Part shown: positions 10,938 to 26,642 of the stretch, piece after piece | Layout of the letters: every line of letters starts with the position of its first letter | Position numbering within the stretch: the first letter of the stretch is position 1 | From: Macrostomum lignano | Lineage: Eukaryota | Assembly (NCBI GenBank): GCA_002269645.1 | Contig: NIVC01003918.1 | Location: 1-35,273, forward strand | DNA: 35,273 bases | Direction of reading: 5' to 3' | Made by a program: the position numbers and the translations under genes | The notes under the pieces: model-generated | Told to the model about the DNA's origin: nothing | Databases searched by the model: none | The model's input: only the letters and a program-made list of their open reading frames with translations

Positions 10938-11893
10938 ATGCAGGCGATAGCGAAGCTGCTCTTCATTTGCGGCCTGTGCTTCACAGCCGCGACTGGTAAG
11001 ATTTTTTTGAAGCTTTACCCACTGTCTCTAAGCTACATGTAGATGCGGTTAGATGGCCCGAAAATCAACTTAGAATATTATTCCTTTTACAGCATCTCCG
11101 TTTCATCATCGCGATCGCCGCAACGAAGACCGCTACTGCCGCTCCGGCTTGTACATTCACGACGGAGACCATCCGGTGCGGTCCGGCATCTGCCCGCGAC
11201 GCGTCGACTGCGCCAGACTGTTGGGGCTGCCGCCAGACCAGATTCGCTGCAGGGTAAGCTTGAGTCGGGGTAGACAGCATATAAACAGATCTTTTTTAGA
11301 ATACGAGCCTCATTACATCAGAGACGGAGTTTCTCAGAGGCAATTATCTTGTTAGAAGTAACTTATATGGATCGATAGGAGTTAGTTTATCAGTCTGGAA
11401 AAGTCATATTTTTCAAGAGCCAATTAAACTTTCAAAATCACCTCAGATCAAACACGTACTTTGAGTAGCTTCATATGGTCATTCGAAGAACAGAAAGTAA
11501 GGACAGGGTCGCTTTAAGCTGGAACTTACTTGTTTTCTCGTTAATACAACGAAATTGGGCCTTTAAATAAAAGCAGAGCAAAGCAGACCAAGTCTGTCAC
11601 ATAAAAACCAGAGTTACTGGGACGGCGCATCAAGTGAATGCTACTTGCTGTTCAAAATTCAGGTTGAGTTTCTAACCGATCTGAACGGCTTCCCGGATGT
11701 GTGGGGCGGCACGGCGCTGCGCTACAGCTGCAGCCGTCTCGCCGACTGCGCCGTGGAATCCGGCAGGCCGGAGTACCATCTCTGCTACAAGACCTCCGAA
11801 GTCAGGGACCGATTTGAGCACTTTAACTCAGTTTATCCGCTGCGCACGCGCGTCGTCTCTAGCATTGAGGATGGGGCCTTCCTGTGTCCGTAA
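10938..11893 (+). CDS. Small secreted cysteine-rich protein of unrecognised family, 149 aa, 3 exons
   Basis: Exons 10938-10995, 11093-11253 and 11663-11893 (450 nt; donors G|GTAAG and AGG|GTAAG; acceptors TTTTACAG| and AATTCAG|). N-terminus MQAIAKLLFICGLCFTAATA is signal-peptide-like, followed by an RDRR motif and 8 Cys in the remaining 120 aa. Confidence 0.88.
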
Positions 11894-12433
11894 CGGACGG
11901 AAGCTGTGCAGAATCATTATTGCCATTACTGTTGAAGTATTATTGCTGATTGTATTGGTTAATAGCATTTATTCTGTGACTTGATGAGGTTCTTCCAAGC
12001 CTCTATCTAGAAATTTTTTTTAAATTTTTGTTAAATATGCAACCTATCATTGCTCCCCACCTTTGTATTATAAATTGCCTATATTGAATATAAAGTAACA
12101 AAAAAGATGAGCCACTTTTTAAAACATGAAAGTGTAACGAAAACGCGTGCGTTCGAGAAAAAATGTCTCAACTAGCCTACTTTTAGTAGCATTTCTGAGG
12201 CATTACTCCTTGCAAAAATGAGAAGTTTACTGTTTAAAAACAAAGATTTGAAATTTTACAAACGCTTGATACGTACATATGATCAATAAATTGATTGATT
12301 TTCGTTTTTCAAATGACGCTTCATACTAGAATTTTAGTATATTTATGGTCACGTCACAAAGAGACGTCTTAAACCTGTCGTCTGTTTCATAAAAGTGCAG
12401 CTGACCAGCCAATCCAATCGAGCACATTCCAAG

Positions 12434-16664
<4,231 letters not shown>

Positions 16665-17332
16665 TTTCTATCAGCTTAATTCATTGGGCTAACAAAGCAG
16701 AGACTTTTGTCTCTCAAGGCTTTAGAACTTGGGCATTTATGCCTTTCATATTCCATACACAGTTTGCCTGCAACGGAACACACACCACAGACCTTTGTGC
16801 AAATAGTGCATTTGCACCCGACCGCTTTTGGTCGCTTCTCATGAATTGGCATACATGTACCTGGCGTGGCTAAAGACTCTATGCTACTGCGAATTCATGT
16901 TGGTATGGCAAGCCAATATTGACATTTGGACGGGTTGGATTCAACGAAACACAAATAATGCATGGCAAGGAAGATATCATGGAAGGCGTATGACTGTGAA
17001 AATGACTTCTACTTTCTGTCTTTCAGCAGGTTTTTGCTGCGCTGTCTAAAATTGTCAGGTTGTTAGAAAAGCTGCAGCCTGTCAATGAAGCTTTGATAGT
17101 CATGGGAATAGGTCCAGAACCAAGAAGTTGTTTGAATTGATGACGAGTGAAATTATCTCAGGTGTCCAATATACAAAGGATTTTATCCTCTTCTTACTAC
17201 TTTAGTTGCTTTTTTTTACAGAAATTTCATTGATGACTGAAAATGCGTACGTATATGCACACTTGGCCAGTGGCGCCGCCTTGATTGCTTCAGCAAAATC
17301 CTTAAGAAAAGTGCTATACATTTATGCATCAT

Positions 17333-17804
17333 CAGGCGCGTCGCCACCGGGGGGACAGGGGGGACATGTCCCTCCCAGTAAAAGCTCTAGGGGGGACATG
17401 CCATTGCTTTGTCCCCCCACCCCATCTTGTGAGTCGTTGTGGTAATCAAAAATTTTTCTTCAGGGCGCCAAAATATAGCGCCTTCGGCGCCAAAATGAGT
17501 GCCTGCGGCGCTAAAATGAGTGCCTGCGGCGCTAAAATGAGTGAATGCGGCCCTAAAATGAGTGCCTGCGGCGCTACAATGAGTGCCTGCGGCGCTAAAA
17601 AGAATACCCGAGGCGCTAAAATGAGTGGCTGCGGCGCTAATAGGAATGCCTACGGCGCTAAAATGAGTGCCTGCGGCGCTAAAATGGGTGAATGCTGCGC
17701 CAAAATGAGTGCCAAAATTGAGTCATGTGCATGTATGTACATTTTGAATTCTTGGTTTGAAAAATTTGTCCCCCCCCACCATAAAATCCATGGCGACGCC
17801 CATG
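17333..17804. mobile_element. Non-autonomous hAT-type element (472 bp) carrying an internal 21-bp minisatellite
   Basis: 8-bp TSD TGCATCAT at 17325-17332 and 17805-17812. TIRs CAGGCGCGTCGCCA / CATGGGCGTCGCCA (12 of 14 match). About 11 copies of GGCGCTAAAATGAGTGCCTGC at 17485-17716. An 8-bp TSD with short TIRs is the hAT signature. Confidence 0.85.
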
Positions 17805-19766
17805 TGCATCATGATGTGATGTGTAGTTATAATTTCGCTCAAGATATGGTCGAACACGGAAAATAGTTGTGTAGTAAAGAGAATGACTAGAGAATTTGAG
17901 TATGAAGTATCTTGACTTATTCTCTATCTTTAAAAAGGCCATAATTAGACGCAATTGTCTCGCTTAAATTGGAGGCGGGAGCATTGTTTTGCATTATATG
18001 ACACTGTATGACACTGACACTGTATAATGGTCCTTGTGTCACACGTACATACTAATAATTCTCAATTTTGATTGTATTTTTTGTTTATTTGCAAACATGC
18101 ATAAAAGCGCTATATGCTATGCGCTATAAAATTAACGCAGAAGCTGCATGATTATGTCTCACTTAGAATAGACATGTACGCAACGTAGAGAATTGAGAAA
18201 AATTAATTTACGAGTAAAAAATAGTAGTAATTAAATGGTTCTAACTGAATATTGCAGTCCTTGGTTCTATTGTTTTGAAAAAAGTAGAGTTATCATCTTA
18301 TTGGCATCTTTCGCTCGCTCAAAAGTTTAAATGATTCCTTGGGCTGAAGCTGCTGTATGCCTACAGATCATGCCCAAATAACAAAAAATGTTCAGTAAAT
18401 ATTTTTGGACAAACAAAAGATCTGTTTTAGATTTTCAAAACAATTAAGATGCAAGGCAGACTTTTCATCTTCGAGTTTTTTTAATAACTTTATAACAAAG
18501 TCTTAATATTTGATTTAATAAACGTTTCTAAAACAAAAGTTGCCTTTCATAGAAAGCGTGATACGCATTAAATTAAATTAAAACACAGCAGAACCTCAGA
18601 ACCAATGTGCCGTGCGTGCGTGCTTAAGCTACGCGAAGTTCGCGAACCGAAACTTCTTGCAGGTCTTGGCATTGCCTACTAAGTATTCTGCTCTAGCCTA
18701 ACGTATATTAGAAGTGACTGGAAGTCATGGATTAATTTGTAAAATCTGCCAGTGTATATTTTCACAATAATAAAATAGGTAAAAAATCTACACAATACCT
18801 AAAATTAAATAACTAGACTTTAGGCACTTTTACCTGTTTTCTAATGACCTAGGCTATATAAGCACTAAATATATAATATTAATTGTTTAATAATCATTTT
18901 GTGTTGTGTTCCACAAAAATAGTTGCCCTTCTGCTTTCTGTTATGCTTAGGCTAGCTAGAAGCAAAACTATGCCTATGGCTTGTTTTTAAACCATTTTTC
19001 TTGCAAATGTAGCCAAAAGCCAGAGGCAATTTATACCATAATCATGTTTGTGGTATAAATTTGCTAATATTATACTATTATTCTGTATTTACATGTGCAA
19101 CTACTAGCCAACCTAGCCAATCTAGCTACCATAAATTATGGTAGACTAGGGTAAGTTGCAAAAATGTCCACTCAAAAGAAAATAGATGTAGTACTAATTA
19201 GATGTTAGGCATTTAGCCTTAATAAACAGTCATAGTAACTTTTACTATTTATCCAAATTGCAATAATTTTTTTATTTTAGGGTTTATTTTATAGGTAAAT
19301 CACATTTTCAGTAAAAGTTCCAATTTTTCCCTTATTCTAGGTTGTGCAATAAGTTTCCAGATGTGCTAAGACTGAAATAGTCAGAAAGCAACTAACTTAG
19401 ATTTTTTATAGATACTGTCTAGAAGAGTCTATGCACTATTGCATCCTCTAAAACCACTTATTGAGGCAGCGGGATGACTCTAAACTTGGCACCTCCTTGA
19501 CATGTCTAATCACTGATGAATACCATGCATCCTCTGCTTGATTTGTGGAAACACAAAGTCAAAAAAATCGCATTAGGTCAGGTCTGCGTTGTAGGGTAGA
19601 TGGCCAGGTTATTGAATACGTTCTCTAATCAGGAATTTGACCACTTGCCTAGACTTGTAGGTGGAAGCATTGTTATAATGAAGAAGTGCATTCCCAAGCT
19701 TGAGTCTTTGTGTGGCAACTGGAGAGTGCAATCAGCATTTTTGGTAGGTAGCAGTTGGTATAATAC

Positions 19767-20352
19767 CAGGGTCAAGATTGTGCATTGCTGTATGCCGGAA
19801 CAAAAATTGCTTCCGTAGCTCATGCATGCCAATGTACACCAACAAACTTTTTATCGCATACAAAATAGGCCAAAATAAAAATTACAAATTACAACTAATA
19901 TTAAAAGCTTGCAAAATTTTAATATTTAAACAACCTATGTATTAAAACAAAAAATCTTTTTACTAAACTGTAGAAAACTAGTTCATTTAAACTATTTTTG
20001 TTTTACTTTTACTTTCTTAGAAAAGTTAAACCCAGTTTTTTTTATTTAGTTTTCCATTTTTTTCGTAAAGGGCTGGCTATTCTTTCTGATCAAAATTTAG
20101 CTACTGTAACAATGTACATGGAAACTATGCCAAATGCAAACTTAATCATTTTTGTATGCTAATTATATAAATTGATTGTTGGGACCGGAACTTTTGGTCC
20201 CACTTGCTGGTCTCGGCAATCTCTATATGCCAAGCTGTACACCAAGAGGGCACCCCAGGCGCCTTTGTATGCCAAGTTGTGTGCCAATGTGTAATCTAGG
20301 TCCCTCTATATGCCGGAAAATTCCAGCGTACATGTATACCATCCGGAGTCTG
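19767..20352. mobile_element. About 590-bp non-autonomous insertion inside the mariner transposase (hAT-like ends)
   Basis: It interrupts the transposase at the ...GNCYT/WYYTNC... position. Ends are CAG...CTG with weak TIRs, flanked by GGTATAATAC / GGTATAAC (probable 8-bp TSD, one copy with a 2-bp duplication). TATGCC subterminal motifs recur. Confidence 0.55.
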
Positions 20353-20902
20353 GGTATAACAGTTGCCAGTGACTATACACTATTACACAAGTAGTACGGT
20401 CGCTAGATGACCAGCTTTTGTCACAAAGATAGCCTCTATCTGTTTGCCACACTGCACTTTTGCTGCAGCTTCAATGGTGGGACACCTCCAACTAGTGTCC
20501 ACTGGGCCAACTGCTGCTTGGTCTCTGGTTCAAAACTGTTAATCTAAGGATTTTTTACCATTGATAATTTCCCAGACTGAGTTTGAGCAGCCACCATCGA
20601 AACTATTGAGCATGGAATGGCACCAAGCCACCCAAGCCTCCTTTTGCTCTTCCATCAAGTGATGAGGCACCTAGCATGCAGAAATATTGCTTAGGTTGAG
20701 CCTTGAGTACATGATTGTTCAGACAGTTCACAATGACATGCCGCTTCTGCCTCTATCTGGACTACAGTTGCCCTGACATCATCCTCAATCATGGCCCAAA
20801 TGGCAGCAACAATCTCTGCTTGCTGTTGCACTCTTCATCATCCAGACTCTGTCAGCGACATTGGAATTCAGCAAACGACTTGAAAAAACCGTGGTCCTGG
20901 AA

Positions 20903-21166
20903 CATACATGCGCAACCTCCGAAATTCGGTCGGCCATGCGACTTAGTTTTAACAAAAATGCGACGTAGTTTTTGGCCAAAAATGCGACTTACATGTAAAA
21001 AAACCCTAACGCAACTTTGGTAAACGGCAGGAGTAACTATAACTGTCTTATTAAGCCAAAATGCCTCGTCAGCTACTTAGTACTACTACTTAGGTATTTT
21101 TTCGGGTGGGCATTTTTGCGACTTCTTTGGTTGGCCGCCAAATCGGTCGACTGTTGCGCATGTATG
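20903..21166. mobile_element. hAT-type MITE (264 bp) inserted in the mariner transposase
   Basis: Perfect 14-bp TIR CATACATGCGCAAC and perfect 8-bp TSD TCCTGGAA (20895-20902; 21167-21174). Removing it restores EAPSR-TTVF. Confidence 0.9.
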
Positions 21167-22352
21167 TCCTGGAAGGTGCTTCATTGCCGAAAGCTACTTG
21201 AAATTACTCAAAGCTCTCCTGCTGCCTTAGAACACTTTTGTAGTCTCCAATGGCCTCCGTTGAGCTCAATTGTGAATTCTTAGTGTTAGGGGGCATGCTA
21301 ACTTTTCGTGTGTGCAGCGCATGCTTTATAGAGTGAATTTGTCTGAAATTGCACAAATATAATCACAAGATAATGTACATAATACCCGATATGCCAAATT
21401 GTGTACATTACCTTCCCACTTTGTGCATCCATTAACTTATTGCATACCCCTTGTAGTTATAGGAACCCTGACTTAGTGATGTAGCCATATTTATCTGTTC
21501 TATCTTGCTTATATTTTCGATACAAAGACTGCAAATTTCCACTTCCTTAGAAATTTAGAACCTTATTAAGTATCAGAAAAAGTTAATTTGTCATGAGTTT
21601 AATTTTATCTCCCAGACTATTTTCATCAACCTGTTGATTTGCTGCATTTATTAGCTGCCAACCAGTTTGCCAGCAATGAGTTCACAGGATCAACGATTTG
21701 AACTCGACTGCCAACAACTGTTAGTTGCTGCTCCCAGAATTGCTCGAATTAAGCAGCTTAACTTACCAGTGAGTCTTTGACCTTTCATACATTATTGCTT
21801 ATCAGTGCCTTGAGTGTGGTGGCGCCACTAAGTACGATTTTAGTGGTTAAAAGCCTTATTAATTTAGAAAAAAAGCTTCATGCAGTCCTTTTCAATAACT
21901 CAGAGAGTAAAAAATTGACGCCATGAAAATTACAGCTTTCGTCAATGCGGACGGGACGATTTAAAATTTACAGTTATGCTTAAAATAAGTAATTTTGAGG
22001 ATTTTTTGTTGGAAATCCATCCAGTTTGTAGCTGGCACCCGACCGGGGCACCCTGCTCAACGCCTTGGGTGAAATCGTCCTACAACTTCTGCCCATTCCG
22101 CTGACTCTTTGAGCACATACAATAGCGTGGATACTTACTAATTTCTTACGTGGCACGTAACACACGCACTCTCGCTAAGTGAGTCCAAAGATTAAAAGCC
22201 GCGATTAATAAGTCATAGGCTGTTGACAACCTTCACATTTCGAATGTTTTGATTGACGCTAACATTTTAAATTCAGCTTTTGAGTTTTAGACGCAGGATG
22301 TAAAATGCCACTTTGATGTAGAGAAAACCACAAACTTAGGATTCTGAGCCCG

Positions 22353-22849
22353 GCAAAGAATTCTTAGAAACGGTCGATCAGAGGTTTAGCAAAGAATTCT
22401 TAGAAACGGTCGATCAGAGGTTTAGCAAAGAATTCTTAGAAACGGTCGATCAGAGGTTTAGCATAGAATTCTTAGAAACGTTCGATCAGAGGTTTAGCAA
22501 AGAATTCTTAGAAACGTTCGATCACAGGCTTAGCATAGAATTCTTAGAAACGGTCGATCACAGGCTTAGCATAGAATTCTTAGAAACGGTCGATTAGAGG
22601 TTTAGCAAAGAATTCTTAGAAACTCTCGATCAGAGGTTTAGCATAGAATTCTTAGAAACGGTCGATCAGACGTTTAACAAAGAATTCTTAGAAACGGTCG
22701 ATCAGAGGTTTAACAAAGAATTCTTAGAAACGGTCGATCAGAGGTTTAGCAAAGAATTCTTAGAAACGGTCGATCAGAGGTTTAGCATAGAATTCTTAGA
22801 AACGGTCGATCAGAGGTTTAGCAAAGAATTCTTAGAAACGGTCGATCAG
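22353..22849. repeat. 36-bp minisatellite, about 14 copies
   Basis: Unit GCAAAGAATTCTTAGAAACGGTCGATCAGAGGTTTA, head-to-tail with no spacers. Confidence 0.97.
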
Positions 22850-23526
22850 TTGTTGAAACAGATTTTTTTAAACTGAAAAGCTTTAAGAAAATTTTTTAGC
22901 TATTAACAGGCCGCATATAAGGTCAACCCTGAGTCGAGCTTGAGTGTGCTGCTTGGCTTACCGGCCTGTTCGCTTACTTTTCTGTCCTTTTTCCATCCCT
23001 CCCTCTCTCACCGAGGTCACTCTGGCGTACGCTGAACACTGTGAGCAGCAGAGTGTGCGCAAACTCCAGCGCGTGCCCGCCTGTCTCAGCAATTCATTGG
23101 CTTTCTGTTTAGAAATAGAACAGAGAATGAAACGAGCAGAGTCGTGTGGGCATAGGAGAGGAGGCCGGTTGGCTTGGTGTATTTTAAGCCTTGGCGATAG
23201 TCTGTCACCCCTCTCTCTCTGTGGAACCAAGCACTCTGCACCAACTCGAAGGCGTTTAGTCTCACCTGAGAGTTTATTCTATCGGGCCTATAGTATCTTA
23301 TCGCGACTGAACTTAGCGGACTTGAACCAGCCTTTGGCTTAGTTTAATAAGCCAGCTTGTTTATTGTGACTTGAATACACATTCTGCAAACTGATAAATA
23401 GTGTTATTTGCTAAAGTTAAAGCCTTTATTCAATAACTCTATATTCGTATTATTTGTCCCCAGTTATCCAGCGAACTGCGATCGCTCAAGCCTCGGCCTC
23501 ATCGAACTAACCAGTCAACAGTAACC

Positions 23527-25435
23527 ATGGCAACCGAAGAAGCTTGGACGCAGCTGTCCGGTCATGCTGGCAATTTTCAGAGCGGCAGCCGGCCAGGCCG
23601 GGTGATGAAGCGACTCTGTCAGGCGGAGGCTGACTGCCTGCAGGCGCTGGCCAGCGACCCGCGCCTGCGCGACTTTGCGCCCGCATTCTACGGCATTCGT
23701 CGGAGTCCGTCTGATGACAGCGACAGCGGTGTCGGCGCGGAGTTCGTAGAGATGCAGGACCTCCTGGCCGAGTTCCAGGCTCCCGTATCGCTGATGGACT
23801 GCAAGATTGGCTGCCGAACTTACCTAGAGGACGAGCTGGCTATGGCTAGGCGGGACGCGAAGCCCCGACCTGACATGTACAGGCGCATCGTTGAAACCGA
23901 CCCGGACGCTACGACACCCGAGCAGAGAGCGGCTGGCGCGGTCACCAAGCTGGACTACATGCTGTGGCGGGAGCGCCTGTCCTCCACCTCCTCCTTGGCC
24001 TTCCGCATCGACGGGCTGAAGCGAGGCGACCCTGACGGCTCCGTTGCTCCTCCGCCGTTTGACGATTTCAAACGACTGCGCCGTAGGGAAGACATTCTGG
24101 CTATGCTGGCGTACTTTGTTGACGGTGTTCAGGCCGGCGGCGTGGCCAGAGCCTATCTGGAGAGGCTGCGGCGCCTTCGAGAGGCATTGACTCAGTCAGA
24201 GTTCTTTCCTAAGCACGAGGTACGCTTGTTGAATGTTTTAATTGTTAGTTGGAGGAGTGCTGTGTAGCATTTCTGCCGTTAGTAACGGTTAATTGTAAAA
24301 GCTAGCTAGCTTAATAGTGCGTTTTTTTCGGCGCAAATCTTCTCTAGTTTAATTGCGAATTTGCGTGGTGAAAACAGTTTTCAAAATTCTATTTTAATTC
24401 TCCAATTACCACTGCGAATGTACAATTTCAACTTAGTATTTTAAAGTGCGCATTTTGTAGCATTTTGTAAAACATACTACTCTATGTAGTCTGTACCTCC
24501 CTAGTGCAGAGCGATTTGAATCTCTGAGCTTCCATCTGAATCTCTGAGCTGCCATCTAAATCTCTGAGCTTCCATCTGAATCTCTGAGCTTCCATCTGAA
24601 TCTCTGAGCTTCCGTCTGAATCTCTGAGCTTCCATCGGCATCTCTGAGCTTCCATCTGCATCTCTGAGCTTCCATCTGAATCTCTGAGCTTCAATCTGCA
24701 TCTTTGAGCTTCCATCTAAATCTCCGAGCTTCCATCTGCATCTCTGAGCTTCCATCTGCATCTCTGAGCTTCCATCTGCATCTCTGAGCTTCCATCTGAA
24801 TCTCCGAGCTTCAATCTGCATCTTTGAGCTTCCATCTAAATCTCCGAGCTTCCATCTGCATATTTGAGCTTCCATCTGCATCTCTGAGCTTCGATCTGCA
24901 TCCCCGAGCTTCCATCACAATTCCTGAGCTTCCATCACAATTCCCGAGCTTCCATCACGATTCCCGAGCTTCCATCTGAATCCCTGAGCTTCCATTACGA
25001 TCCCTGAGCTTCCATCACGATGCCTGAGCTTCCATCACGATCCCTGAGCTTCCATCACGATCCCTGAGCTTCCATCACGATCCCTGAGCTTCCATAACGA
25101 TGCCTGAGCTTCCACCTATAGTTCAGTTTCAAGCTTCGATGTGATAATAAGTTAATAAAGTTACGAGCAAATGCGTCTCACCATAGATGAGTCCCACAGC
25201 TTGAGCTCATCCCTACACGCCAAATTGACAGCTCATCGGCTCTTCCCTGCTATTCGTGCACGACCGCGCCGGGCGCGCCTCCGTGTGGATGATCGACTTC
25301 GGCAAGACGCGGCCAAGTCCCAGCCGGCTGAGCCACACTGCCGAGTGGTCGGAGGGCAATCACGAGGACGGCTACCTGACTGGCCTGGACAACATTATCC
25401 ACCTATTCCAGCAGCTGGTGAACGCGTGCGCGTAG
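23527..25435 (+). CDS. IP3K: Inositol-1,4,5-trisphosphate 3-kinase (IPK domain), 298 aa from this ATG, 2 exons
   Basis: Exons 23527-24219 and 25232-25435. Motifs [47 protein letters not shown] and [13 protein letters not shown]. The frame is also open back to an acceptor at 23463, so an upstream exon is possible. Confidence 0.95.
24518..25114. repeat. 20-bp minisatellite in the IP3K intron, about 30 copies
   Basis: Unit TCTCTGAGCTTCCATCTGAA on the left, grading to TCCCTGAGCTTCCATCACGA on the right. Confidence 0.96.
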
Positions 25436-25663
25436 GACTGCTGGTCCTGTAACAGTTCCCATCGATCTCTCAGTTCCCCAGGCCAATTGAATTTCTAGGC
25501 AAATAATTCTAGCCTTATTTCGCTTGAGACAGCCGTTATATTTATCATTTTTTGTATTTTCAACTATTATACTGTTATAATCTACTCCATGTAGCTTTTC
25601 TGTATCATTTGGCCTCTGTCTTGGACTTTGCTTTTTGTCCGTCTGTTTTGATACCTGCTTCTC

Positions 25664-26084
25664 TTGATGTGAATGTGTCTCGATTATCTGTCTGTCTTAA
25701 TGTGAATGTGTCTCGATGTCTGCCTGTCTTGATGTGAATGTGTCTCGATGTCTGCCTGTCTTGATGTAAATGTGTCTCGATTATCTGCCTGTCTTAATGT
25801 GAATGTGTCTCGATGTCTGCCTGTCTTGATGTGAATGTGTCTCGATGTCTGCCTGTCTTGATGTAAATGTGTCTCGATTATCTGCCTGTCTTAATGTGAA
25901 TGTGTCTCGATGTCCTGCCTGTCTTGATGTGAATGTGTCTCGATGTCTGCCTGTCTTAATGTGAATGTGTCTCGATGTCCTGCCTGTCTTGATGTGAATG
26001 TGTCTCAAAATCTGTCTGTCTTAATGTGAATGTGTCTCGATGTCTGCCTGTCTTGATGCGAATGTGTCTCGATATCTGCCTGTC
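25664..26084. repeat. 32-bp minisatellite, about 13 copies
   Basis: Unit GATGTGAATGTGTCTCGATGTCTGCCTGTCTT downstream of the IP3K stop. Confidence 0.96.
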
Positions 26085-26486
26085 GAACTGTTTTCTCTCA
26101 ACTGTCTCTGACCATCAGCTCAAGTTCTCCAGCTGATCGAATCACAAGCATTCCCGACTTGGCGACAACGAATAGGTGCATCTTTATTAATAAATTTATT
26201 TAACCACAATTTCAATATTTGGTCAGATTTTTGCAGTGCCACTGTGCAGGTCAGCTGGACAAGAATTAGTGCACCTGATCTTAATTTGCAGTTCTGGTGT
26301 ATGTGGCATTCGTCTTCGAAATACACATCAATGCATACCCGATGCCAATCGTCTGCTTTTTGTACTTTGTTTATTTCTACTGCGGCCATATTTTGGAATC
26401 TTTCATTCTTTTGCCTTCTTGATTGCAGTTTTGCCTACAGTGTTTTTCATTTAGTGCAACTAATTGAAATAAAGCCTGAGAATTAG

Positions 26487-26642
26487 TTGGGACCCAAAAT
26501 TTCCCGCCTAAAAATGCGATTGTCTCTTCCTAGTTAAATTGGGACCCAAAATTTCCCGCCTAAAAATGCGATTGTCTCTTCCTAGTTAAATTGGGACCCA
26601 AAATTTCCCGCCTAAAAATGCGATTGTCTCTTCCTAGTTAAA
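26487..26642. repeat. Perfect 52-bp triplication
   Basis: TTGGGACCCAAAATTTCCCGCCTAAAAATGCGATTGTCTCTTCCTAGTTAAA x3, starting at 26487, 26539 and 26591. Confidence 0.95.

Larger units (their letters stand above)
19333..21455 (-). mobile_element. Decayed mariner (Tc1/mariner) transposon with transposase pseudogene, split by two insertions
   Basis: Minus-strand fragments in mariner order with stops and frameshifts: FGNEAPSRTTVF, MIEDDVRATVVQIE, VPHHLMEEQKEAWVAWCHSML, FEPETKQQLAQW, LLHYNNAS, HLPYNADLT*CDFF, KWF*RMQ*CIDSSRQY. These match the WVPHEL, HDNA and YSPDLAP motifs. Imperfect TIRs share TGCAATAAGTT (19345-19355; 21434-21444) and the right end abuts TA. Removing the inserts leaves about 1.25 kb, a typical mariner length. 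Confidence 0.88.

Noticed and set aside
10931-10940. AGGAGG directly before the ATG, suggesting a Shine-Dalgarno site and bacterial origin
   Set aside because: Zero spacing to the ATG, and the gene has two spliceosomal introns and a TATA-like box; best treated as coincidence.
17324-17866. 180-aa ORF with GAKMSAC repeats
   Set aside because: It lies almost wholly within the TSD-bounded hAT element and translates its internal minisatellite; not a transposase.
22353-22849. 36-bp repeats of CRISPR-like length
   Set aside because: Units are contiguous with no unique spacers, no cas genes are present, and the context is eukaryotic.
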